Shown: piece by piece, positions 38,074 through 51,440 of the stretch
Layout of the letters: every line of letters starts with the position of its first letter
Numbering within the stretch: position 1 is the first letter of the stretch
Assembly: GCF_006345805.1 (NCBI RefSeq)
Contig: NC_043001.1
Coordinates: 111,352,001-111,416,000 of the forward strand
From: Octopus sinensis
Taxonomy: Eukaryota
Direction of reading: 5' to 3'
Length of the DNA stretch: 64,000 nt
The notes under the pieces: model-generated
What the model saw: only the letters and a program-made list of their open reading frames with translations
Told to the model about the DNA's origin: nothing
Databases searched by the model: none
Translations under genes and position numbers: made by a program

Positions 38074-38467
38074 TAGTTTTATTTTTATAACGTGCTTTCA
38101 CTTCACTACCGAGCGCAGCTCTGTGCGCCTTGGATGTGTGCAGTGCCTAGTATTGCCTAGACGTGTGCAGTGCCTAGTAGTGCAATTTTCTGTATGTTAT
38201 ATGTGTTTGTAAGTCCTGGTGTTTTTGTTATGTATTTGTCTGAATATGTTTTTATCATGCCTAATGCACCTACTATGATAGGAATTGTTTCTGTTTTCAG
38301 ATTCCACATTCTAGTTACCTCTATTTCCAGGTCTTTGTATTTTGAGAGTTTCTCCATTTCTTTTAGAGCCACGTTGTCATCTGCCGGTATTGATACATCA
38401 ATTAGAAAGCATTTTTTTCTTCATGATCTCTGACAACTATATCTGGTCTGTTGGCCTTAATTTCTCT
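38071..38467 (-). mobile_element. Second 5'-truncated copy of the same Dong-like LINE
   Basis: Same 3' end (CAGTAGTTTTATTTTTAT on +); ORF 38157-38372; internal deletion in the 3' UTR. Confidence 0.9.
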
Positions 38468-38480
38468 ATTATTATTATTA

Positions 38481-38543
<63 letters not shown>

Positions 38544-38701
38544 CATCATCATCATCGTCATCTTCATCGTCATCGTCATCGTTATCGTTGGCGTTGTTGT
38601 TGTTGTTGTTGTTGTTGTTATTATTATTATTATTATTAATACTATTACTATTGCTATTACTATTACTATTACTATTACTATTATATTATATTATTATTAT
38701 T

Positions 38702-39146
38702 GAGTGAGAGAGCAGTTCATGCCATCAAAGTGACACTGGGGTAAAATATACGAAGCCCAATATACCCATCATGACTACCCGTCTGATAAAGGTACACCAG
38801 GCACATGCATCACAACCATATGTGCGCGACATGGTGATCTCATATCAAGATAAACAGCACATGACCTTGCAGGTGGGGCCCAGTTAGAATTTTCTTCAGG
38901 TTGAGTAGCCCATCCCGCTCAAACGGTCCCTGAATAAGGGTTGTTTAAGGATGTTGAAAGAACCACCCATGTTTCCAGAGGTGAACTATTCAAACCCCAA
39001 AGAATCCCTCTCAACACATGGCTATGATGCTCCCCCACTACTTCTGCTCGTGATCAGAGATGCACATATCGTCAGCCACTAAGGGACATGCTCAACTGGT
39101 TACGGTCAAACAACTGACAAGCAAATCTGTGGTATTGAGCAGAATA
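38702..39146 (-). mobile_element. Non-coding (TAA)n-embedded retroposon, copy 1
   Basis: Closely similar to 39943-40386; flanked by (TTA)n; no recognisable ORF. Confidence 0.7.
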
Positions 39147-39268
<122 letters not shown>

Positions 39269-39311
39269 TATTATTATTATTATTTTTCAGCCTTTCTTCA
39301 AATTTCCTCCC

Positions 39312-39833
39312 GTTTCTCCATTTCTTTTAGAGACACGTTGTCATCTGCCGCTATTGATACATCAATTAGAAAGCATTTTTTTTCTTCATGATCTCTGACA
39401 ACTATATCTGGTCTGTTGGCCTTAATTTCTCTATCTGTGTGTATCGGCATATCCCAGAGTATGGTTGCTTTCTCGTTTTCTGTGACCTTTTCTGGTGTCT
39501 GCCTATACCATTTTTTCTGTTGTTATTCCATAATGTTGGCATAGCTTCCAATGTATGTAGGTTCCAACTCTGTCATGTCTGTGAATATATTCCTTCTTAG
39601 CCAGGACTGGGCAGCTAGAGATAATATGATTTATTGTTTCTTGTCCATCTCCACATATTCTGCAGTTACTTGTAATATTTCCTTTCATTACATGTTTTTG
39701 GTAATTTCTGGTGGGGAGGCTTTGGTCTTGTGCTGCAATTAAAAATCCCTCTGTTTCTGCTTTGAGTCCTGAGCTTCTCAACCATTGCTGGGATTTTTCT
39801 TTGTCTATTTCTTTTGCGTTTAGTTTAGTGCAG
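39312..39833 (-). mobile_element. Dong-like LINE internal fragment (zinc knuckle plus RLE start)
   Basis: LKAETEGFLIAAQDQSLPTRNY..CRICGDGQETINHIISSC..RHDRV; lacks the normal 3' end. Confidence 0.9.
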
Positions 39834-39840
39834 TTTATTA

Positions 39841-39889
<49 letters not shown>

Positions 39890-39911
39890 GTTATTATTAT
39901 TATTATTATTA

Positions 39912-39942
<31 letters not shown>

Positions 39943-40497
39943 GAGTGAGAGAGCAGTGCATGCCATCAAAGTGACGCTGGGGTAAAATATACGAAGCCCA
40001 GCATATCCATCATGACTACCCGTCTGATAAGGGTACACAAGGAACATACATCACAACCATATGTGCGCGACATGGTGATCTCATATCAAGATAAATAGCA
40101 CATGACCTTGCAGGTGGGGGCCCAGTTAGAATTTTCTTCTGGTCGAGTAACCCATCCCGCTCAAATGGTCCTTGAATAATGGTTGTTTAAGTATGTTGAA
40201 CGAAACACCCATGTTTCCAGAGGTGAATTACTCAAACCACAAAGAATCCTTCTCAACATATGGCTATGATGCTGTCCCACTACTTCTGCTCGTGATCAGC
40301 GATGCACATGTCGCCAGCCACTAAGGGACATGCTCAACTGGTTACGATCAAACAACTGACGAGCAAATCTGTGGTATTGAGCAGAATATTTGCTATAGCC
40401 CATCTTTTATACCAAGACAAAACAATGTACATTAAACACTTCCAGTTAGTTTAGCTCAGAAGCCACGAGAGCCACTGCCTAATACTGCATCAGGGCA
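39943..40497 (-). mobile_element. Non-coding (TAA)n-embedded retroposon, copy 2 (longer)
   Basis: Same end (TTGAGTGAGAGAGCAG on +) as copy 1; extends ~110 bp further at the other end. Confidence 0.7.
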
Positions 40498-40520
40498 TTT
40501 TATTATTTTTATTACTAATA

Positions 40521-40587
<67 letters not shown>

Positions 40588-40667
40588 CATTATTATTATT
40601 ATTATTAATATCATTATTATTATATTATTATTATTATTATTATTATTAATATTATTATTATTATTTT

Positions 40668-41407
40668 AGTTCAGGCATTGTTAAAACCGCTGGAGGCTTG
40701 CACGTATACCGAGCTTGCGACCTGTAGCTCAGAGTATCATGTTATCTGCTATTTTCAACTAATACTTTCGTGATTATTCTAGCCGTGCCAAAGAGATAAA
40801 TATTCTGTAACAACTCCACTTGAACCTCTGTTCGTATTTCTTTTATTTTCCTCTTGATGCTTTCTGATACTTTCCCCAAGGACCGGACCATAATTGGCGC
40901 TATCTTCACCTTCTTCATTTTCCACAATCGTGCTACCTCGTATTTGATAGCATTGCATATGTCTACTTTAACGCCTTCCCTCTTGACTATTAATGCATCA
41001 AAGGAGCACGCAACCTCACTTGTATTGCACATACTGTTCCCCTTCTCCACCACCATTAGGCCCGGCTTATTCTCTAGCACCTGATCTGTTCGAATTAGGA
41101 CATTCCAAAGGGATTTTGCATGTTTCCAACACCGCTACTCTCTTTGGTTTGCGCTCATACTGCGTCTTGCCTCTCTCTAAACCCCACTTTTACAGTTTCT
41201 AATGAAGCACGCTTGCTTCGTCATCGTATCTTCCAAATATATAATAGTTTTGAGCAAGTCTAGGGCATTATCGATGTTGGCTATAGTTTCGTGAACTCTG
41301 TTATAAATTCAGCACAGTAGGGAGTCTTGCTCATTCCCAACGCTGACCCTTTAATTGTGGCCAAAGCTTGGTCTTGTGCTGCCAGCATGGTGCTCTTTGT
41401 CTCGATC
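40668..41407 (-). mobile_element. Older, divergent R4/Dong-like LINE 3' fragment
   Basis: IETKSTMLAAQDQALAT; ORF 40742-41080 is a decayed RLE (NKP..EVAC.FD..KYEVARLW..PI.V.SLG). Confidence 0.8.
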
Positions 41408-41559
41408 AGCTAAGAGAATAAAGATAATCTTAGAATACAAAACCAAAACCCTTGAAATTACAATTACCCACGATTCATATGATAGTGTGCATACATGCGA
41501 TTGAGTTGGTTAATACATGTTAAACCATCTTAATTCGAAATTTTCTGGTCATAGCATCG

Positions 41560-42020
41560 TATATACTGCGACGATGCTTTTGCAGTATCACACATTTGTG
41601 ATTAACATTCTATGGATTCCGAGGACTTAACATATCTATCGCTACCAACTTAACTAAACTAACGTTTTAGATTTGTCTTTAGTTCTCAAGACTAATTCGT
41701 ATAAGCTCTTCAGCAAACATAACGAGACCTTAGAATATACCAATAAACACTCCTGTTACCTATCTATTGTATTTAAAGAATTCAATTGCAAATATTAGCC
41801 GTAGGGTCACATGCTTTCTTCTAAAGAAACATTCGAAAAGGCCGCTCCATATTATATTAAGGCCCTACAGGATAGCGACTTTATTGATAACATTTTCTAC
41901 ATACCCTATCAACTCTCCCATCTAGACGTAAGAATAGATCTGGGAAAGGTTTCTGGTTTGCCATACACGCCCTTTCTCCCTTAATGTTAGGACAAACGCA
42001 GGTAGAAAGATTCTTGTCGG
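41560..42020 (+). mobile_element. Penelope-like RT/thumb fragment
   Basis: Decayed IYCDDA, TFLDLSL.LKTNSYK, FEKAAPYY.KAL, RKNRS.K..WF, PFS.NVRTN.GRK motifs. Confidence 0.7.
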
Positions 42021-42317
42021 AATTTTAAAGTAGACCACCAGACACTTAGTGAAACATTAGCATCTGGTTTGTGTCTGCTTCATATTGAATTCTTGTAACG
42101 CTGATTACGTTTCTTGTGCTTTTCTTTTTTTCTTCTTTACAAACGCATCTTGTTTAAGTGTTATCTCTTCAAAAGACAATTGACAAACGGCCTTGTCTAC
42201 AGCTTGATAGAAAAGCGCAATAAATTACTATTTCGGTACGAAACACTGGGTAGCGATATAGATTTTTGGTCTAGTCTATCTATCTATCTATATATATATA
42301 TATATTCATCTGTAATA

Positions 42318-42530
42318 TAATATGTGACAATTATTCGGTTACCATAATAAGACTCCGAGTTTCGGATGTAGGGGTGGAAACCTGCTCCAGCATCTCTTCA
42401 GTTATCGAGTGATGAAAATATGCTCATATTTTGATTGCCTCGATATCTGAAGAGATGCCGGAGCAGGATTCCATCCCGACATCCGAAACTCGGAGTTTTA
42501 TTATTACAACCGAATAATTGTCACATATTA
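42318..42530. mobile_element. Inverted pair of PLE terminal repeats, each with a hammerhead motif
   Basis: Arms 42318-42409 and 42439-42530. The minus copy (42347-42405) ATAA-CTGAAGA-GATG..CATC-C-GAAA-CTCGGA-GTC-TTAT is intact; the plus copy (42443-42501) has GTT at the cleavage site. Confidence 0.8.
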
Positions 42531-42608
42531 CATTATATCATGTTATATGTGTGAATGTGTGTGTATGTATGTGTGTATGTATGTATGTATGCATGTATGT
42601 ATAACACA

Positions 42609-42821
42609 CGAGGACTGGTGAAAAGTTCCTGTGACTTTTGATAAAAGAAAATACAGGAGGGTTAGTTAATTGTGATTTTATTCTACATATTCCCCTCTGA
42701 AGTTCACACTCTTATTGCGGCAGTTCTTCCGTTTTTCTAAACCCTGTAAAAGAACTCGAAATGTTAGGCCTCCATCCAGGCCTTTCGCGACACTCTTAAG
42801 GCCAGGAACTCAGCACTCTCG
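42609..42821 (-). mobile_element. mariner-derived MITE (~215 bp)
   Basis: CGAGG..TGAAAAGTTCCTG / CAGGAACT..CTCG-TA ends; retains the RGEYVE* transposase end; homolog at 52793-53009. Confidence 0.75.
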
Positions 42822-42938
<117 letters not shown>

Positions 42939-43310
42939 TATGTATGTATGTATGTATGTATATATATGAAGCTTCGGTCGAGTGGACTAGACATTTTGAA
43001 GATAAACCACTTAGCCAGCACCGATAACACAGGAATCAGGTAGACACAAATAAGATGGGCTTCTGTATGGATGCTACCAACCAAATTTCAATCACCAGAC
43101 ATTGTTCAACCCAAGGCGACAGTAAAAAAAAAAAAAAAACACTTGCTCCACATGGTAACGCATGCGCATGATAATTTAGTGTAAGGCAAATCATCATTTC
43201 TTATGCCTCTGATCGAAGAATCGGATGTTTTTTCATGTTTTTGGCATAGATAGAAAACTGTATTATAGTTTCTGGTGCAAGACAATACACCTCCCCACAC
43301 ACACACACAC

Positions 43311-43378
<68 letters not shown>

Positions 43379-44789
43379 TCACTCCCTGTTGAGAAAATAT
43401 TTCCTGTAATAAATTCTCCTAATTTTGTCCAGCTGTAAAAACCTGCGATAAATTATACACGTTATATGAAAGTCGATGATCAGGTATCCCGTCCTGGTTG
43501 AATACACATCTTCGAATCTTCTCCGATCGACCTATTGTTCCGATTTGTGTTTTACGACTGAAACAGATCTCTTGTTCCTACCGTAACTGTCTTTGGTTGC
43601 TCGAACAGGTAACCGGGATACGTAACCCCGAAATGTAACCCAAAATTGTTTGTGGTAACCCGAACCTACCATCTCTAGGAATATTGAAGAATCCCTATCC
43701 AGATAGATGCTGTAAATATATTTGAATTTCTTCGAAGGAAGAATATAAATGAGGTTATCATTAATAGATTTCATTAACCTATAATATCTTTAATAAGGAA
43801 ACTGTATCATGAATGCAACTAATCTTATATGGAGAAAATAAATAAACGACGCAAATGTAATACACCCAAATTTGATGAGATCTGTTAACGCAATTTTCAA
43901 GGGAAATAACTCTGGCAAATGTTATAATAGAGTTATCGTTGCTACATTTTATTAAATGCTTCTCTTTCTTTTCGTTGTTTTATATTTTCCTTGTGGTTTT
44001 CCTGATGATTTGTTTTTAAATTTTAACATTTTTTCTCATCCTTTCTTTTTTCAGCCATTCAACTTTGGCCAAGCTTGCGCACTGCTTCAAAGACTTTTAG
44101 TTCAACAAATCTACCTAAGTATCTATTTTTTAAAGTCTGTCTGGGATTTGGGCCGAACCGCTAGTTTACGGGAACATAAACAAACCAACACTCATTGTCA
44201 AGCCGTGGGTGGGGGAGGTAGCTGACTAGAAAAACAAACATAAATACACACACACACCTACATATATATACAAGAACGATGTCTTTAGTTTTCATCGACG
44301 TAATCTGCATACAAGGTGTAGGATTCATGGTTATTTGGAGGGTAAAGGAAAAGACATTCGTGCCACGCAATGGGAGACTAAAACCGGAACCATTCGGTAG
44401 GGATACAAACATCTTTATTTATTTATTTATTTATTTATTTGCGTTGAACGTCATTTCACGGCAGGTATACATAACTACGCCAACAAATATATTTCTCTGT
44501 GAACACTCGAGACATTGGAGCAATAATAACCAGATTGCCCTGATGTTAGCGTTTGGCCATCGCCACCGCTTGACAACCGGTGTTGCTGTCTTTATGTCCC
44601 TGTAATTTAGCGGTCGGTTCGGCAAAAGGGACCAAGAATAAGTAGCAGGCTTAAGAAAGTATATCAAATTCTAGGATCAGTTTGTTCGACTAAAGTTCTT
44701 GGAGGCGGTGCCACAGCACGGCCTCTCTCTGGTGACTGAAACAAGCAAAAGATTAAAAAAACATACACACACAGATAGACACACAGACA

Positions 44790-45374
44790 ATCTGTTGTTC
44801 CTCGATCAATGTTACAAGTTCAGGTTTATACCTGTAATTATTGGGGTCCTGGGATATGTAGCACACTGCCTAAATACCAATCTTGAGAAATTTAGCTTCT
44901 TAAAACCAGAAAGGAGAAAACTGATTCAAAGACTACTGATCCAATCCATCACTTGAACTGTAAAAATATGTAAAACTTTCCAGAAGTTTATAATTTACAT
45001 ATATATGAGCATGTCTAGATATGCAACTATATGCATGAGAATACAGACATAAAACATGCAAATCTGCAGATACATACACACATACATACATACATACATA
45101 TATACACACACATACATACATACATACATACATAAGCACAGACACATACATTCATACATACATGCATACACACATACATACACACACACATATATACATA
45201 CATACATACACACATACATACATACATACATACATACATACATACATACATACATACATACAAACAAACAAAAATACGTCTTGTTGTTAATTCCAATGAA
45301 GGAGCCTTGAACTTAGGTTAGAAAACGGCTCTTTCACTACTGGCTCGAAATCTTGAAATAAAACTGAACAACGA
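44790..45374 (+). mobile_element. 3' end of an RLE-type non-LTR element associated with (CATA)n
   Basis: YKFRFIPVIIGVLGYV..L..NLEK..LI..L..QSIT*TVKICKTF (RLE C-terminus); the 3' UTR contains and ends in (CATA)n. Confidence 0.6.
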
Positions 45375-45820
45375 CATACGTAAATAAACACAGACATACA
45401 TACGTAATACATACATACATACATATACACATATATACACGCATACATATAGACATACATACATATACACATACATACATACATACAATCATACATACAT
45501 ACATACATACATACATACATACATACAAACATGCATGCATACATACATACACACATACACACATACATACACGCATACATATATACATACATGCATACAC
45601 ACATACAATCATACATACATGCATACATACATACATACACACATACATACACGCATACATATATACATACATGCATACACACATACAATCATACATACAT
45701 ACATACATACATACGAACATACATACATACATACATGCATGCATACATACATACATACATTCATACATACATACATATACATACATACATACATACATAC
45801 ATACATACATACATACATAC
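45375..45820. repeat. Degenerate (CATA)n tract with higher-order duplications
   Basis: Recurring ACACGCATACATATATACATACATGCATACACACATACAATC blocks. Confidence 0.9.
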
Positions 45821-46089
45821 AAACGGCATCAATGTCGTTTGGAAAAAATAAGAGAAATATGACATCGATGGACCATTAATAAGGAGTTTACAAATCTGGT
45901 ATTCAAATCACACATTCAGTTTCATATCTACTATTATTCGGGCAACAGGACACATACAATCATCTCTGGAGCAAAGTGTAGCTAAATATGTGTTCTTGGT
46001 GAAAGAACATCAATCTTTTATTCATACTCTACAAATTATGACGATATCTAAGACTATAAATATCAGCAATACCTAAATAATAAAATAAA

Positions 46090-46324
46090 TGCCCCCTTTT
46101 AAAGCCTAGCCAGACTCCCCGGTTTCTATGGCGTATGTGTTCCCCAGCTGGACGGGACGCCAGTCCATCGCACCGGTATTCATTTTTGCCAGCTGAGTGG
46201 ACTGGAGAAACGTGAAATGAAGTGTTTTGCTCAAGAATACAACGCATCGCCCGGTTCAGGAATCGAAACCACAATCTTACGCTCATGATGCTGACACTTT
46301 AAACACTAAGCTACTCGTCTCCAC
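46090..46324 (-). mobile_element. SINE, head C plus tail X
   Basis: AAGCCTAGCCAG..CAGCTGGACGGGACGCCAGTCCATCGCA (as in 5398-5490) joined to the CATTTTTGCCAGCTGAGTGGACTGGAG head C body. Confidence 0.8.
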
Positions 46325-46424
46325 GTCAACAAGACCTACTAAAAATTTAAAGGATGGTAAACAAAACAAGGTACTTTCCAGTCACAACCTTGGTACCAGC
46401 CAGGTTTCCGGTCAAACTCCTCCT

Positions 46425-46806
46425 GTCTAACACTCGTGGACATCATTTCGTTTTTCATTTTATCTAGTTTCAGCTCACAAGCTGTGGCCATTCTGGGGCA
46501 AAGTTAGAAATCAGCACAGATCCCATGACATTCGGAACCTTTTTTTCACTTTAAGAGTTGCTGAAGCATGGAACAAGCTGCCGGCATCAGTTGTTAGTTG
46601 TCGGAGCACTGCATCCTTCAAAACTTCCATGCTTCCTGAGATTCGCCAACACTACACCTGACTTTCTCTCCTCCATACACAGGCAAGCATGTATCTGACT
46701 CCTACACTGTTCATTTTCCAGACATTTGTACATTACTGAATATGCTTTATACGCACTTTTGACAAGTTGTGGTGCACCTGAGCACTGTATACAATAATTT
46801 CATTAT
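46425..46806 (+). mobile_element. CR1-clade LINE 3' end, interrupted by a ~55-bp tail fragment
   Basis: TRGH..FFTLRVAEAWNKLPASVVSCRSTASFK*; the insertion at 46445-46500 is the reverse complement of the tail of the LINE at 53540-54113. Confidence 0.8.
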
Positions 46807-47506
46807 TTTTTTTTTTCTTCTTTCAAATTTGCTTCCATTTCTTGCCGAGTGTCTTCCCGACTCCTAGGGCAAAGAAACTCATAGTATACATTGGTAGGCC
46901 ATTAAACCAAACTCAATAGTTCGTTCATTTAATTTTTTTTTTTTTTTAAAGTTAAATTAAAATACATGAGCAGCAACAGTTCTCACATCGACAATGCTCT
47001 TCTCAATACGTGTGATGTACCAGTTAAGACAATCTTTTGCACTTCTTGCAGGGATGGTAAGCCAGGGATCATTCTCATATAATTTTCGGTTCCCTTCTTG
47101 ATCATTCCTAGTGCTCCTACGATCACTGGTATTGTAACCGCCTTGAGATGCCACATTTTCTCAATTTCAATGAGTAGGTCTTTGTATTTTCTGAGCTTGT
47201 CAAACTCTTTCGCTGAGATATTATGATCACAGGGGATGCTCATGTCGATCAATAAGCAAACTTTATTGTTTTGGTCTTTCACAACAATATCTGGTTTATT
47301 GGCCTTGATGGTTCGGACTGTATGTACTGGAAAGTCCCACAGAATGGTTACATTTTCTCCTTCAGTTACAGCCTCAGGGTGGTGATTATACCACTTGTCG
47401 GCAGTTTTGATATTGTAATGCCGACTTATTAGCCAGTGTAGATATTGGCCAACTCTGTCATGTCTTAATTTATACTCCACTGGGGCTAAGACTTTACATC
47501 CAGAGA
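46807..47506 (-). mobile_element. 5'-truncated R4/Dong-like LINE of another subfamily, RLE frame open
   Basis: ORF 46983-47534: SGC..EYKLRHDRVG..ILWDF..NKPDIVV..LIDMSIPCD..KLRKYKDL..IPVIVGALG; 5' side abuts (TAA)n. Confidence 0.9.
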
Positions 47507-47554
<48 letters not shown>

Positions 47555-47745
47555 AAATTTAATAGAAATAAAAGAGGAAGAGAAGTACATATATACATAC
47601 ATACATCCATTCATACATACATGCATACATACATGCATACATACATTCATACATACATACATACATACATACATACATACATACATACATACATACATAC
47701 ATACATACATACATACATACATACATACATACATACATACATACA

Positions 47746-48297
47746 TGGTGGCTGCCCCCTCATTATGAGTATGGCTATTGCACGAAGCTTAATCAATGTT
47801 GTTATCGTGCAATGCCTGTGCAAGAAGATTTTTTTTTAAGTGAGGAAAGGCTGTCCACTGAGTCAATCCCACTCACTAAGCAACAGCAGCCATAATCCGA
47901 AAAGAAGAACAAGTCAACATCATTGGTAACCACTGTACCGCAATTTTTGGCGGAGTTATCCCAGTTATCTGAGTAACCTTCTCCTAGAAGGACGCCCTAT
48001 CAAAGGCTAGGAGTCCTTCACTCCCAATGGTTTAACCGAGCGATCGGGTATTTAGTCCGATTATTTCTATGTCCCCGCGCATGATATATCCTTAAGACAT
48101 TTATTGGATGGCCGTTGACTCTCAAGAGTTCCTCCGCCCTTTGACGGGTTTTGTTTTTCATCCAGCAGGGTGACTAATAAACACCTTCCTCACCAAGCAA
48201 GCTTGGTGGGGTTGCCGGTTTAGTCGCCGACGACCCGACCATGCAACAGGTTGTACTGGGTTATATGTTACCAGTAGCACTCGAAAGTGACCTGACA
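47746..48297 (-). mobile_element. Non-coding ~550-bp element flanked by (CATA)n, possibly RTE-derived
   Basis: Bounded on both sides by (CATA)n; minus-strand AGCCTTTGATAGGGCGTCCTTCTAGGAGAAGGTTACTC resembles, from memory, a motif of RTE 5' UTRs. Confidence 0.35.
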
Positions 48298-48827
48298 TAA
48301 CACATACATACATACATACATACAAGTAAAGTATGCATGCGTCCGTCTCTATGTGCACCAGGCATTGGTTATAGTCGGGCCACATTCGTTAAAATCTTGC
48401 TAGAAATTTCAATTCATATTGTGATTTTTTTAAAGAAAAAAACCTTCCCAGTGATTTATGTCGTGGCCCTTCCGCAAGAAATTCAGACACGTTCCATCAA
48501 GGTCAGCGTCCCTTATCAATAAAGATGAAATGAAAAGATGTTTCTTTTACCTCAAAGTAGAGGAAATAAGCATAATTATTATTGGTATGTCATAGGTGGG
48601 AAACTATCCTAGCAATATATAAACAAACAAGTAAGTAAAAGGTATTATCAAAACAAGATTTTTTTTTCTATTAATAGCATTTTATATGCTGTTACAAACA
48701 ATATCCCAACACCAAACTATAATCATAGTGGTAAAATGATTTTAAAGGGAAGTAACTTATAACAAGAGTTTTATAGTTATATCCCTTGCCTCACTAACCT
48801 GTCAATTTTGATTTACCTTCTATTTTT

Positions 48828-49047
48828 AACTCTTTTACTCTTTCACTTGTTTCAGTCATTTGTCTGCGGCCATGCTGGAGCACGGCCTTTAGTTGAACAA
48901 ATCCACCCAGAGACTTATTTTTTGTAGGACTAGTACTTATTATATCGGTCTCTTTTGCCGAACCGCTAAGTTACGGGGTCGTAAACACCGGCATCCGTTG
49001 TCAAGCGATGTTGGGAGGGCATGCACAAACACACAACATATACACAC

Positions 49048-49105
<58 letters not shown>

Positions 49106-49221
49106 ATATATATATATATATATATGTACATATATACGACGGGCTTCTTTCAGTTTCCGTCTACCAAATCCGCTCACAAGGATTTGGTCTGCCCGAGGCT
49201 ATAGTAGAAGACACTTACCCA
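48828..49221 (-). mobile_element. Family A SINE, 5'-truncated
   Basis: Tail and body match family A; stops within the core. Confidence 0.85.
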
Positions 49222-49477
49222 ATACAGTTTATCCCTCATAGTGGTTTGGATTTTGGTTATTCCTTCTAGCGTGCCAGGAATCCTAAGACGGATACCTCTT
49301 ATGTGTTTAAATGTACACTGTATTTATATGAATGATATATAGTCTATTCACTAATTTTTCTACACGCTAGGCCACTGGTAGAAGAAATTTCAAAATTTTT
49401 ATTACCCTGATACTATTAATATATATGTGTGTGCGTGTGTGTGTGAGTGTGTGTGTGTGTATGTGTGTGTGTGTGTG

Positions 49478-49513
<36 letters not shown>

Positions 49514-49527
49514 TTTGTGTGTGTGTG

Positions 49528-49576
<49 letters not shown>

Positions 49577-49581
49577 TTATA

Positions 49582-50300
49582 CGAGACGGTAACCAAAAGA
49601 AACCGGAAATTAGCAATATTATTTTATTTACTTAATTTTACATGTTTACACTTTTATCGTCTTCAAAGTATTTTCTTTTTGAAGTAATGCATCGGCCGGG
49701 ACACGTTTTCCACTATTCGAAGCAGTCCTGAAACACTTGCGAAGTGATGCCTTTTAACTCCTGCGTTGTTTTGTTTTCCTCTCCTTTTCCACATCTGCAA
49801 AACGTTTTCCTTTGAGGAGATTTTTCGTTTCGAGTCACACAAAAAAATGTCGTAGAGAAGATGATCAACTTCTAACTGTTCTTTCAGTTCACGACACACA
49901 TTTGGTCGTGATTGCTTTGGATCTTCCGTGAGCAAGTGAATCACAAATTTTGCTGCAACTCTTTTCATCCGGAATTCCTCACTCAAAATTCGCTGCCATG
50001 AGCTCCAGAACACACCAATTATATCAACAAGTTCCTCAATTATTCGGTGACTGTCCTCGAAGATCAGTTTATAAATTTTCGTTATGCTTTCATTCGTTCG
50101 GAGGATGGACGAGGGCCCTGAACGGGTTGGTCTTGCCCATTTCTAAAGCGTGAAAACCAGTTGTTAACTTTTATTTTGTTCATAGCAGCGTCTTTGTAAA
50201 CTGTGTGAAGCATAATAACTGTTTCGGCGACCGTTTGCGCCAGAAGAAAACAGAATTTCACTGAAGCACGCTGTTCCTTTGTTTCAGCCATGGCAATAAT
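49582..50300 (-). mobile_element. Internally deleted mariner relic (second subfamily)
   Basis: MAETKEQRASVKFCFLL..AETV.ML..Y.D.A....V..WFSRF (HTH), QRILSEEF.MKRVAAKFV; one TIR TA-CGAGACGGTAACCAAAAG; the other end is replaced by PLE sequence. Confidence 0.85.
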
Positions 50301-50349
50301 CGACAAACATGGGATAAGTACAGCAGGGAAGCCCGAACTACAACGGGAT

Positions 50350-51440
50350 TTTCCCTTAAAGAACGTTTCTGGTTACTTTTGAGTACCTCTTTGTTATATT
50401 AGTAGGATGGTTGCTAAAAATGCTGATATATTTTAGATTGATGGAAGGTTTACGGTATGGGAAATAGAAAGCTGTATTTAAGTTGCGTTTAAAGTCAAGG
50501 AATTTAACCTTTGTTCTACCATCATCAAAGCTAAGACTTACGACCATATTACTGAAGAATTTAACTAGATTATTTTTAACATTTTGTAATTTATGATTAG
50601 AGATATTTTGGAGGTAAAGAAGACAATCGTCGCGATATACACCACCGAAGGTATATGGGAATTAGTCAACCATTTTTTTGATAGAATATAAATACCGACC
50701 AAGTCAGAAATTTGGGCAGAGTCATTGGACCCCATAGGTATATCAAAGCAGTCAGGTCGATCTTTACGAACCCAAAATTTATTATCAAATTTGATAATAG
50801 ATTTTCTGGCTGCTGAAACAACATTTCATCCCGGGTGACGCCGGATTTATTATGCACGAACTATAAGGACAGATAAGACGGAGAGTTTGTGGTCCTTTGA
50901 AACAAAACGGAGCTGCTTTGGTTTTAACGGTTCAGTCTTCATTTGTAAGTTATATTTTTCCATAATTTTCTTAGCTTCCAGGTTTGCATTTCTGATAGGG
51001 TTTTTACCAGTAGTCTTGTATATATTTTTATATTTCCTTCCTAAGTAATTTTAGGTAATAACCCTTGTTTAAGTGATACAGGTTACCAGTTTTATCCGAT
51101 TCAACAAGCAGGCCTTCCATGCTGTTAATTTTTCAAATTGTTTTGCCCACCTACATTCAACATGCTATAAATAAGAATGTATGTTTCGTGATTTGGAGTT
51201 TTGACATCTCTTTTCAGCATGTAAGGAGACCAGATAAGATGGAGTGCTGTGTTATTGAAGAAGATAGTTTTGTGGTCTATCGTTAAGAATGTTAAATTCC
51301 ATCGTTCTCCCTTAAGGAATAAACAGCATATTGACTTATTTCTGTGTGAATGTTCTTTTTGGTGTATAACAGTTGTGGATCTTTCAGTCTTGCAGCTTGT
51401 TTTGTGTGCTCTATTCGTCGTATCACCGAATTAAGGCAGC
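50350..51440 (-). mobile_element. Penelope-like element reverse transcriptase pseudogene
   Basis: VESDKTGN; CFDIPMGSNDSAQISDLVGIYIL (PMGS at 50727-50738); GGVYRDDCL (YRDD at 50626-50637); FLDF..NL...YFPYRKP...YI...SNHP. Confidence 0.85.
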
